Positions 51,578 through 64,000 of a DNA stretch of 64,000 bases are shown in pieces; within the stretch, counting starts at the first letter, position 1, and each line of letters starts with the position of its first letter. The stretch spans positions 58,156,001 to 58,220,000 of the forward strand of contig OX597817.1 in assembly GCA_951406725.2 (NCBI GenBank), given 5' to 3'. The stretch is from Octopus vulgaris. Its lineage: Eukaryota. The position numbers and the translations under genes are program-made. The notes under the pieces were generated by a model that saw nothing but the letters and a program-made list of their open reading frames with translations, had not been told where the DNA came from and made no database searches.

Positions 51578-51908
51578 TGCCAGCGTTGCCTTGCTGGCAC
51601 AAGTGCCGGTGGCATGTGGAAAACAACATTCGAGCATGGTCGTTGCCAGTGCTGCCGGACTGGCTCCCATGCAGGTGGCACGTAAAAAACACCTTTTGAG
51701 TGTGGTTGTTGCCAGTACTACCTGACTGGCCCTTGTGCCGGTGGCAGGTAAAAGCACCCACTACACTCTCAGAAAGGTTGGTGTTAGGAAGGGCATCCAG
51801 CCAGATCAGATTGGAGCGTGGTGCAGCCATCTGACTTGCAAGTCCTCAGACACACCATCCAACCCATGCGTTAAATGATGATGATGATGATGATGATGAT
51901 AATGATGA
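51578..51908 (+). mobile_element. RTE 3' UTR fragment
   Basis: GTGCCGGTGGCA modules, AAAAGCACCCACTACACTC, (GAT)n tail. Confidence 0.8.
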
Positions 51909-52500
51909 TATATGTATATGTATATTGAAATATGAATTAGAAGTAGCTTGAGGCATATGACTTACTTTCAGGTATTTTACTCCAAGGGCATTGACAGTAT
52001 ATTCTCTTACCCCTAAAAAATGCAGCCACCTGACGGACTAACAACACACACACACCTTGTGTATACACACACACAAACACACATATGTATATATTTTGGT
52101 ACATATGTATGTATTTATGGATTTATGTATGTAAGTACATATGTATGTAATATATGTGTATGTATGTGTACAAAACAACATTATAATTGCTATGACGAGA
52201 GTCAATACAAAAGTGAAATTGAAGAATAATTATAAATAGGCAGTATGTCAGTACCACAATATCTTCATTTCAATATCAATATTTCGATATTTTAATATCT
52301 TCATATCTTTTCAAAATATCACAAAAAGAAAATAAAAATACACAGGACTTTTTATTTTACAAATTTTCGTTTATCTTCTTTAATCAGATTTGTGTATAAA
52401 ATAATTGAATTTAGGAATTTAGGAACGTTTACCATTCAATTTTAACACTTTACTTTGCAAAATTACTATTTTTAAATCTCACAACGAGAGATATTCAGCA

Positions 52501-52835
52501 AAAGTACTTTGGAGTAAAGATTGTTTGCCAACATAACATGGCAGTCTGGTTTAGGACGAATGTTGCTGTAATTTAGCCCCAGGTGACATCATTTCCAGTT
52601 GGCTATACGACACAATCCTTGCCTTTATATTTTCAAACAAGGGAATCTAGCATCCCCACTCAGCTCAAAACAATATCTGTGTATTGCGATTTCCAGGTTA
52701 TTTCCCTTCATCAGCACAGAATAATTGTTCAGCTAGCCGGAGACGATGTCTCCTGGGGCTAAATTACAGCAACATTCGTCCTAAACCAGGACTGCCATGT
52801 TATGTTGGCAAACAATCTTTACTCCACTTTACTTT
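52501..52835. repeat. Inverted repeat, ~95-bp arms, ~125-bp spacer
   Basis: TGGAGTAAAGATTGTTTGCCAACATAACATGGCAGTC...TAATTTAGCCCCAGG mirrored at 52731-52826. Confidence 0.93.
52676..52720 (-). ncRNA. Minimal type I hammerhead in the spacer of the inverted repeat
   Basis: TCTGTG CTGATGA AGGGAAATAACCTG GAAAT CGCA ATA CACAGA: 6-bp stem I, short stem II with a terminal mismatch. Confidence 0.6.
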
Positions 52836-53763
52836 GTCTGTATACATTTATATCAATTCTTCAATTACCAAAATTAATAAATCGACTCACACCTTTATTT
52901 TTTTTATTTCAGTATTAGAAAATTTATCATGTTTCAACGTATGAATTCACATGAAAAATTTGGCAAACTAAAAATGAGATAATTTTGACTTTAGCCACAC
53001 CGACAAGATTCTCAGAATCATTGTGTTTTCCTGCCTCAAATTCAGAAAAGAGAACAACCAATAGCTTCACTTAATAAAAGAATGCATCAACTCCAGGCTG
53101 TGTAACTAAGAGAGAGGTAGACAGACCTGGAGTAGAGAGGGCTTGTCATTGATGAGGTTGTGAATGGTGACAAGTGCATCTTAACAAATCTGATTGGTTA
53201 ATTGACTAAATTATTAATCAAATAATTGATTAATTAGTTGACTAACTAGTTAACCAATTAACAAATAAAAAATAAAGAAGTGAGATAAAATCAGTGCATG
53301 TGCTTAATATTGGTGTAATGACCCTCCTGAAGCCCAATAAAATATAGTTTTTATGCAAGAAGATATTCTTTTATTCCTTTATTTGTTTCAGTCATTTTGA
53401 CTACGGCCATACTGGAGTGCCGCCTTTTAGTCGAACAAATCAACCCCAGGAATTATTCTTTGCCAGCTGAGTACTTATTCTATCAGTATTGGTCTCTTTT
53501 GCTGAACCACTAAGTTACAGGAATGTAAATACACCAACATCAAAGCCAGTCAGTGGCCCTGGCAGTGATCATGCTCGGATAGCACTTTTAACATTCCACT
53601 GGCACAGGTGCCAATCAGGCGGTACTGTCATCAGCCGCATCAATAATTTTCATTTTACTTGCCTCATCAGGTCTTTACAAGCAAAGATTATTGTTCAATG
53701 AATGAATGAAGGGTACTCATAAATGAGCTGGTTATACACCACTGGCATATCTCAGACATAGAT

Positions 53764-53795
<32 letters not shown>

Positions 53796-53890
53796 CAGAT
53801 AGATAGATAGATAGACAGACAGACAGGTAGACAGACAGATAGACATAGATATAGATAGATTGACAGAGAGAGAGAGAGAGAGAGACAGAC

Positions 53891-53961
<71 letters not shown>

Positions 53962-54009
53962 CAGACAGATAGACATAGATATAGAGAGATCAACAGAGAG
54001 AGAGACAGA

Positions 54010-54043
<34 letters not shown>

Positions 54044-55061
54044 TAGATAGATAGATAGATAGATAGTACCAGTACTGGTGCTACATAAAATGCACCCCAT
54101 CCACTCTGTATAGAGGTTGGCATTAGGAAGGGCATCCAGCTTTAGAAACCATGCTGAAACAGATTGGAATGTGGTGCAGTTCTCTGACTGGCCAACTACT
54201 GTCAAACCATCCAACCCATGCTAGCTTGGAAAATGGATATCAAATGAAGATGATGATGATGATAATGATGAGGAGGATATATAAAGACATAAATGTGTGT
54301 GTGTGTGTGTGTGTGTGTGTATGCACATACACACACACACATACATATATAAGGAGGTTTCGATTTATTGAACTCTGTTATTGATTAATTTTGCCAACAT
54401 AGATCAGCGCCAGCTTCCTCAGACCCTGAATCTAAACTAAATTATATATATATAGAATGGTGTATGGACTAATACAGTGGCGGTGGGGACAAAGTGAGGG
54501 AGAGAGAGAGAGAGAGAGAGTGTGTGAGAGAGAGAATTGGTTGTTGCTGCTATCGTATGAAGTGTAACATTGTAGAAAGATTTAGTTGCAGTTCTTTAGT
54601 CCCCAATGTCAGTCCAGATCGAACATATGTCTATGAATAAAGGCAATCCTGTCATGACCATCCCACCTCATCATTTTCTATATCAAACATTACATTCTTC
54701 AGTTCTTTACATTCTGATTTCAAATGCCACTCAAGTTGATTGTTGCCTTTCAACCTTTAGGGGTCAATAGAATAACTAACGGTCAAGCACTGGGGACAAT
54801 GTGATCAGTTTATCCCCTCCCCTCAAAACTGCTGGCCTTGTGACAAAACTACAAAATGATAATTATTACATTATCTATTCTGTGACTTCTTTTCCAGACA
54901 GTAGGATACATTTGATTAAATTTGACTGCTATTTCTAGTATGTCGAACTACATTATGAAGGAAGTCTCTTGTTTTTTGTTCTTAGGCATGACAGGGTTTC
55001 AAAACTCTGTTGTGGTTTTCCTGTTTCAAACGCTTTAATTAACTAATTAATTGATTAATGA

Positions 55062-55273
55062 TTTCAAACTTTTGCCACAAGGGCAGCCTGGGGGAGGGGA
55101 ATAAGCTGATTACATCAACCCCTGTGTGTAATTGGTACTTATTTAATTGACCCTGAATGGACGAAAGGTAAAGTCGACCTTTTTGGAATTTGAACTCTGA
55201 ATTTGACCTCAGTAGACAAAATAGCACTAAGCATTTTGCCCAGCATGCTAACGATTCTGCCAGCTCACTGCCT
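55062..55273 (-). mobile_element. SINE family A
   Basis: GAAAGGTAAAGTCGACC..GGAATTTGAACTC..GCTAACGATTCTGCCAGCTCACTGCC. Confidence 0.8.
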
Positions 55274-55868
55274 TCAAATTAATTAATTAATTAATTTTTT
55301 TTATCTTTCACTTGTTTCAATCATTGGATTGCAGCCACGCTAGGGCACTGCCTTAAAGGGTTTAGTTGAAGAAATCCATGCCAGGGCTTGTTCTATTGGT
55401 TTCTCTTTCTGAACTGTTAAGTTACGGGGATACATGTAAACCAACATCTGTTGTCAAGCATGATGGGGGACAAGCACACACACACATACACACAAAGACA
55501 CAGACACACACGAGCAAGTGGAGAAACAAAAAAAAATGGCACTCGACACATTTTTAGGTGTCACATATATCATTAAAATAATGGTTTGACAAATCTCCAT
55601 ATGTTAGGCCCCAGGAGGCTAACATCTGTAAGCCATCTTAAATTTGCTTCAAATTCCGTTACTGTGTGACGAGGGTGGGGTGGGGTGGGGGAAATATGGT
55701 GGAGTGAGATAAACTAAGAGAGAAGTATGATGTAATTGATGTAATGATTGCATTGTTCAATTAAATGGAGTTGCATGAAACGATCGTACTGCATTACCTC
55801 TGGATATCCTTGTTGCTTATTTTCATTTTATATATGTATATATATAAATATATATGTATGTAAGTATG

Positions 55869-55906
<38 letters not shown>

Positions 55907-56588
55907 TAAACACTTAACAGGCTTCCATACAGTTTCCATCAACCAAATTCACTCATTCAGCATTGTTCAACTCAGGACTATAATGAAGACACTTGCTCAA
56001 GAAGCCGCAAAGTAGGACTGAACTCAAAACCCCATGGTTGCAAAACAAGCTTCTTAACCCCAGAGCCAAGCTTTTGTCTGGATCTAATTGCCCTTTTGAT
56101 ATAAACAACAGCATTAAGACATGCTAAACTCTCTTTTTATCTTTGATCTTCGCCCCTACATTAATCTGTTGCCTTGATCGGACAGCTTCCACTTGACACT
56201 GTCTGCACGAATTTCCCTACCATTCACCAGAACCTTCACAGACTTCATCGGATTATGGCTTTTATCTGGAAATATAAACCAGTCAGTCAGGGTCTGGCCG
56301 ACTGGCTGTGTTGTTGTCTGTGCCTGTGAGGGGAGGAGGTATCAAAAAATAGGAAAAAAAAACTTAGAGAGAAACTGTTTCTGAGTGATGGAGTGGGAGA
56401 GAGAGTGGGAGAAATAGCGGGGTGGTGGTGGAGAGGGGAGGAGAGAGAATGGGAGAAGGAAAAGGAGTGAGAAAAAGAACGAGAGGGGTGGGGGGGGAGG
56501 CGACAAGTGAATTACATAAAAGGAAAGCTTTACTGAAAGAAAGGAAAATTGAGAGGGATAAGAGAAAGGGAGAAACAATAAGAAAGGA

Positions 56589-56620
<32 letters not shown>

Positions 56621-56621
56621 G

Positions 56622-56654
<33 letters not shown>

Positions 56655-56810
56655 AGGGAGAGAGAGAGAGAAAATGTGAAAAAGCGAAAAGAAAAAAGAT
56701 CTAACAAGAAAAAGAAAACAGAAATGGTAATACAGATTACCTGTACCATAAATGTTTTCCACTTTTTGCTTAAATCTTTTGGCTACTGGAGAAGAAGTCA
56801 GACAATTTCC

Positions 56811-56847
56811 ATGCTGATGATGGCTATTGAGGTAGAAACGTGTCCAT
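56811..56847 (+). ncRNA. Degenerate minimal hammerhead
   Basis: ATG CTGATGA TGGCTATTGAGGTA GAAAC GT GTC CAT; 3-bp stem I, mismatched stem II. Confidence 0.4.
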
Positions 56848-57484
56848 AACTGATCTTTTCTTTAATGACATGTCATATTTAGAGTACTTGGGATTATCTC
56901 CCTTTCCCAAGTGGAGCTGATATTAATTGCCATTGGGTAGTTATGATAAATCCTCTAGAAGTGGAGATAATTTTAATAAATCAAGGATGTATGTTGTGTG
57001 GTATTTGACACAACTGTATTTTTCTTTGTTGTAAAATTAAATACACATGGATATGTAGTTAGATAATATTAAGTAATGACTTGAGCAAAATTTAAATAGC
57101 CATCTATGTACCATATTTAATGTATATACAATAAATTGATGGGCCATTTGCTGCAGTATATACCCAAAGATAACATCTCTTATGGTCGTTCTGTGTAAAA
57201 AAGATCATTAGGATTTCAGACAACACACTCAAATGAGAACTCATTGTCTTTGTGAATAAAACATTCCCTGATTTTACAAACTGCCACTCCGCTAAACGAA
57301 AATCCAGTATATGCAAATGGGGATAGAATGTAATTAAAATAGCTATCAATGTATCATACTTAATGTGTCACACATAGTCAGTCAATAGCCCAGTTGCTGT
57401 GGACATGCTGTGTTGAAAATACAATAAATATGAGAGAGAAAGATGAAAATTCATCCCAGCAGTGACCAGTGAGAATGCCAGATG

Positions 57485-57610
57485 CATCATCATTGTCATT
57501 GTCATCGTCGTTGTCATCATCATCGTTGTCGTCATCATCATCACCACCACCACCACAATCATCATCATCATCATCACCACCACCACCACCACCACCACCA
57601 CCACCACCAT

Positions 57611-57642
<32 letters not shown>

Positions 57643-57750
57643 TCATCATTAACACCATCATTACCACCACCACCACCACCACCACCACCACCACCACCAC
57701 CACCACCACCACCATCATCATCAACACCATCATTATCATCATTACTATTA
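57485..57750. repeat. (CAT)n/(CAC)n compound microsatellite
   Basis: Direct triplet tandems. Confidence 0.96.
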
Positions 57751-58169
57751 TGGCAAATCAAAGAGAGACTTGCTGTGACTGTGGGAGATGCTGGGAATTT
57801 TTCAAACTGAAAAGTCCTCAAAGAATCATCCACTGTAGAATTTGAAGGTTATTTAAGGTCTTTCAAACTCAACAGATTTTGATTCAAAAGATTTTCCAAA
57901 CTCAGATTGCAACAAGAGTGACCCCCATTGTCAGACACCAAAGCAGAAACTGCCAAACTGTCCAGTGGTCAGAAACAAGAAAATCTTTTAATGGAAAAAA
58001 TGCTCATCCAGATGAAAGTTGTAGTTTAGCAAATTTCTTGTCTTCCTTGCTTAGCGATGAATCCTCACAACTACAGCTCAGAGAATTTCCACAAATACTG
58101 TTTGGCCCAAATTATCAATGTTTCCAAAAAAAGATTTTTAGAAATCACATTCTTGGGTAGAGTACAACA

Positions 58170-58325
58170 ATATTTGTGTGTTTACATCCCTGTAACTTAG
58201 TGGTTCAGCAAAAGCGACCTATAGAATAAGTACTAGGCTTACAAAGAATAAGTCCTGGGGTCGATTTGTTCAACTAAAGGCAGTGCTCCAGCATGACTGC
58301 AGTCAAATGACTGAAACAAGTATTA
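58170..58325 (+). mobile_element. SINE family B 3' half
   Basis: GTAACTTAGTGGTTCAGCAAAAG...GAATAAGTCCTGGGGTCGATTTG...CAGTCAAATGACTGAAACAAG. Confidence 0.82.
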
Positions 58326-58438
58326 AAATAAAAGAGTGAATATGTATGTTCACACAAAACTCACACAATCTCTCTCTCCTTGACACACACATGCCCACAA
58401 AACACACACACAAGCACACACAAACACATGCACACACA

Positions 58439-58507
<69 letters not shown>

Positions 58508-59194
58508 AAACATACAAACACACAGACACAAACGCAAACACACACACACACACACACACAAACACACACAAACAAACACACACACACATGCACATACACT
58601 CGCACTCGCACACACATTCCTTTTGAATAAAGTAAGAAATTATCTAATGTTTCAAAAACTGTAGTTTCTTCCGATGTGCATGTTTTTAGCAAACATTGAT
58701 GATCATTCTGACAAAATAGGAGAAAATATACAAATAAATGATTTGTAAATAAATAAATAGATAAATAAATAAATATATAAATAAACAAACATATAAGCAA
58801 TTTTTTTTTTGAAGACCTCATTTTTAGTTTTCTCACCTTTTTCTGAACAATTTTTCAGATTTCTTTTAAAAAGTTACATATTTTTCTCAGATGTTTGAAG
58901 CAGAAATCTGAAAAAATTTTCAAGTGAAAGTGAAACTAAAAGGTTTTTTTTAAAAAAGAAAGAAGTCAGAATTGTAATATACAATGTTGAAAACATGTTG
59001 ATTCAAAAGAGAGCTAAATGATTCCCAAATCTATTCTATAGGAGTGGTTGGCTCATGCACACATACACACACACACACACACACATACACACATACACAC
59101 ACATACACGTTTCCACTTATATATGTGTGGATATGCATGACATATCTATATATCTTTATTTATATCTATCTGTCTATGTATCTATCTATTGGTC

Positions 59195-59520
<326 letters not shown>

Positions 59521-60194
59521 TAATGATTATTAGTGGGACCTGTAAATATTTTACGGAATTAATGGTAAACTTATTGAGTTATTTCTGAAAAGTTTATCCC
59601 AAAAACCTGGAAGTGTAACCTGTTTTGTGTCTGTATCAAAAAAGAATCGCTCATCTGCTAACCATTGAAAAGTGAATGGAATTGAAATACGATGATTACT
59701 TAATGCACTTTATATACACACTTCATACACTTTATACACAATGTTACAAAACTTAATACACAACACTCTCCCTCTTTGCCTTAGCCTCTTTTCTCTCTCC
59801 TTTTTCTTTCACACTTCGCCATTCCCTTCAACTAATCTCATGAAGGCATTACAGATGCTCTAAATAATGGAGTAACAAAAAAATGACTCAGTTCAAACAA
59901 AATTAAAAATTACACATTTTATTGAATACCCCCACCTTCTGCGCCCCTGTGCCTCCCACTCCCCACCCCTCCCCACCACTTCCACTAATCACGTGGAGAC
60001 ATTGCGGACGGGCTAAGTAATGGAGTGACAAACAGAATTACTGTAAGATTTTATGTTGAAATAAAATTCTACATTAAATTGAATGATTACTCAATAATTT
60101 TAATAGACCACAAATTAATTATTCTCTGACAGTCTGATAATGGTTTAGCTGTCTGAAGCTTTTAAGTCACAGTCAATGCTATACTTTTTAAAGA

Positions 60195-60251
<57 letters not shown>

Positions 60252-60253
60252 CA

Positions 60254-60473
60254 CACAAGTGATATTGAAAAGTTCATGGCTTTGGGTAAAAGATGATACA
60301 AGATGGTTAATTAATTGTGATTTTATTCATGGTATCCCCCTCCTAGATTCACGCTTCTATTGCAGTGGTCTTTCAGTTTTTCTAAACACTGTGAAAGAAC
60401 TCAGGAGTTTGGGCCTCCACCCAAGCTTTTCACAATACCCTAAAAGCTAGGAACTTTTCAGCACCACCTTGTA
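60254..60473. mobile_element. Mariner-type MITE (same family as 21240-21459)
   Basis: TGAAAAGTTCATGGC...GCTAGGAACTTTTCAGCACCACCTTGTA; shared internal sequence. Confidence 0.75.
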
Positions 60474-60583
60474 TACATATCTACATACATATATATGTGT
60501 GTGTGTGTATATATATATGTTAAATGAAATGAGACAACAAAGCCAAAGCTGTGTCGAGTTTTCAAGATATTTATAAAGAGAAA

Positions 60584-60636
60584 GATAGTATTGCAGCTGT
60601 TTCTGGGATATTAGGGATATCCCTTCATTAGAGATG
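60584..60636 (-). ncRNA. Inactivated hammerhead relic
   Basis: CTAATGA AGGGATAT..ATATCCCA GAAAC AGCT GCA: stem II and palindromic loop intact, core G and cleavage-site T mutated; resembles 13514-13649. Confidence 0.45.
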
Positions 60637-61538
60637 ATGTGAGATGGTTAAATAGAGGGAAATATGAGGAGTTATTTAGGAAAGGGAAGCAAATAAGGAA
60701 TATATAGGGAAATAGAATGAATGAATGAAGAAATAAAAATAATATAAAGATGTTACCGCTGCAGTTCCAAGATATATATATATATAAATATATATATAAT
60801 ATAGATAGATAGATAGATATAGATATATATATATATAGAGAGAGATGAACATAGACATACACAGGGTTACATTCATACATGCATACATGCGTGCATACAT
60901 GCATACATACACACATACATACATACATACATACATACATACATACATACATACATACATACATACATACATACATACATACATACACACACACGCACAA
61001 GTATATATACATAGAGATGCTAACCGAACAGGGGGTTCCACTCTGTAACTGCCGGCAACACTGGTTATCTCCCTTCGCCCCGCTTGCTTCCCAATCCAAA
61101 TACGACGACAGGCAACAACAGAACCAGTGACAGTTGCAAATCAGTAACGGAACTATAAAGGTGAGTTTTTCTACTTACTCCGCCAGTAGAGGCTGTTAAA
61201 TATTTCCATCGATCGATTATTTATCTACTGTTCGATGGCTGCAGGCAAACTTGTGTATTTCTCCTTGTAGTTGGGCGATTCTTACAAGATAGCAACACTT
61301 TTTTTTCTCTCTCTTTTTTAGTTTTGTACCCACACTTTTCTCTGTGGTAAACTCCTCGCCACATCGGTTTTCTGTGTCTCCACAAGAAAATTTTGTTGTT
61401 TCGGTGGTAAATATGTGATACAGACTTTTGTTATGATTTTCTAAAAAAGCAAAAATATTTTACATCCTCTAACATTTTCCCCTCGTGCACATACACTACC
61501 TACCTACCTACCTACCTACATACCTACCTACCTACCTA

Positions 61539-61631
<93 letters not shown>

Positions 61632-61751
61632 ATCTATTTATCTACATATCTGTGTACACACATATGTGTGTGTATATATATACATACATACATACATACA
61701 TACATACATACATAATACACATATGCATGCATATATACATATGTATGTATG

Positions 61752-61811
<60 letters not shown>

Positions 61812-62304
61812 TATACAAACACGCATATATACATATACAAACATACATGCACGCATTCACACACACACGTGTGTGTGTGTGTGTGTGTGTGTGTATAAAT
61901 TGATGGATTGATGGAAGAATATATTTCTGTGAAGGCGAAAGATCCCTCTTGTATAGTTATATGTTTAGTCTATAAGTGCGTGTATTTTGTGCGTGCGTGA
62001 GTACGTGTGTGTGTGTATGTGTGTTGCTGTTGTATAATGTATGTGTAAGAGAATTAAAACGTCTTTAACTTTCGCTTTTCACCTTTGGACTTCTCCGTCT
62101 TCTCCTTCTTTCTCTCTCTCTCTCTCTCTCTGTCCCTTTCCCCTCTCTTTCTCGTACTTTCTCTCCTTCTCTGTCTACATAACATCTATCTGTCTACATC
62201 CATATGTTTATCCTTCTATCCCTCAACAAGCTGTTCTTCCTTCATACAGTTTCTCTCTTCTCTCATTGTTCCAAACTGACACCCTTTGTCTTTCTCTGTC
62301 CTTT

Positions 62305-62354
<50 letters not shown>

Positions 62355-62572
62355 TTTCTCCAATCGCACACATTAGGCAGATGCGCATACGCATATGTTT
62401 ACGCGCATACACACACACACACACACAGGCGTACACTCGCAAGTACACCATACATACCCAAACACTTCAGGTTTATTTTAACTCTGTCACTCTCACGCTG
62501 TCTCTCTTTCTCCAATCATATACATACCACACACACACGCACGCATGCACCATACACATCAACCTCTACTAA

Positions 62573-62604
<32 letters not shown>

Positions 62605-62776
62605 CTCACTGTCTCCATCCATCTACCCGTACGCCCACCCATCCAGCCATCCGACTGAAATATTCTCCACCCCTTTCCCATCCACCTCCCTCCCTTCACT
62701 CCATTAACTGTCAACCAGTAAATTACCTTGATCAACACCCCCTCCCTTGATCTCCCCTTCCTCTTACCTCTCCCCT

Positions 62777-62839
<63 letters not shown>

Positions 62840-62964
62840 TTTATATGTGAATCCTACCAAATTTTTAACACGGTTGTTGCCGGATCGAAATACATTCGCA
62901 CGCACACATACACACACAAGAACGCGCGCACAGACACCACGACACACACACACGAACACACACG

Positions 62965-63001
<37 letters not shown>

Positions 63002-63005
<4 letters not shown>

Positions 63006-63262
63006 GCGCGCACCCACACAGATCCCGTATATGCAGTCACAATTACACACGCACACAGGTCCTGTATACGTCCAGTCACAAGCCCAATACACACACATAG
63101 ACACACTGGCACACACACACATGCGCGCACATACACACACATATGCGCGCACCCACACAGATCCTGTATACGCAGTCACAATTACACACGCACACAGATC
63201 CTATATACACCCAGTCACAAGTCCAATACACACACATAGACACACTGGCAGACACGCACGCA
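63002..63262. repeat. 139-bp tandem duplication in a CA-rich tract
   Basis: ATATGCGCGCACCCACACAGATCC...CAGTCACAATTACACACGC starts at 63002 and 63141. Confidence 0.88.
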
Positions 63263-64000
63263 CACACATACTAGCATGTATACATTCTTGTAGTATGCAC
63301 AACACGCATATATTATACACACAAACGCTTTGATACGCATACACACAGCAATAGTTATCAAAATAATCTTAAATAAACACTTAAACACACATGTTGATAG
63401 ACAAAAGTGAAAGTGAAAGTAGATGTGTGTGTATGATTGTGAGATTGTGTATGTGTTTGTGAGATTGTGTGTGTATGCGAGCGGAAATGAATGAGTGTCT
63501 GAGAGAGAAAGAGAGAAAAGGACACTGTGTATATGTGTGTGTGTGTGTGTGTATATATACATAAGGGTATATAAGTATGTGCGCGTGTAGGTATGTTAGT
63601 ATGTACACATATAATTATTATATAATTGTCTTGGTGTGTATGTGTAATTGTAGTATCAGAACTTGCAAAACATTACGGCGCAATCGTACATACAGACACG
63701 CGCGCGCGCGCAGTCGCACACATGCGCGCGCGCGCGCGGGTGTGTATCTATAAGTTTGTGCGTGCGTGCGTGCGTGTGAATATATCTGTTTCTGTGTGTT
63801 TCTGTGCATAGATTCTGGGGCTTACAGATACGCCTCTATGTGTGCGAGTCTAGTTTATGTGTGTGTGTGTGTATGCATGTGTGTAGAAGCGCGTGTATGT
63901 GTAGCCAAGTGATACGAAGTGTATGTGTGATATCCGCGCGCTTTTTTCAGAAGTGCATATGTTCGTTCCTCTTTCTGTATAGAGACTGTGCGTTTGTATC

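Noticed and set aside
56279-56305. Hairpin CCAGTCAGTCAG/CTGGCCGACTGG as possible miRNA precursor
   Set aside because: Stem only ~12 bp, too short, and no known mature sequence recognised
57879-58160. 93-aa non-repetitive ORF
   Set aside because: No recognisable domain; cannot distinguish exon from decayed transposon without a search

Overview
Eukaryotic, AT-rich, repeat-saturated DNA, most likely intronic or intergenic sequence of an octopus-like coleoid cephalopod (inferred from the repeat families and the TA/CA/GATA/CAT microsatellite load). I recognise no host exon. Almost all ORFs in the track are microsatellite or repeat artefacts. Recognisable coding remnants all come from transposons: RTE LINEs (one with YADD and a PHD-like finger), a CR1 3' end, a Penelope-like GIY-YIG endonuclease missed by the ORF track, mariner, Tc1/maT, Tigger and hAT transposases, and the 5' end of an LTR element with a tRNA-Ser primer-binding site. 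Three tRNA-derived SINE families, many RTE 3'-UTR fragments and several MITEs fill the rest. The most notable signal is about a dozen type I hammerhead ribozyme motifs (CTGANGA...GAAAN-palindromic loop-NTH with closing stem I). They lie in Penelope-type remnants, often within (TA)n tracts. Two long fold-back palindromes (17257-17645, perfect 189-bp arms; 50882-51351) carry a hammerhead on each strand. All structures were folded by eye and family names come from memory of motifs; none was confirmed by database search.
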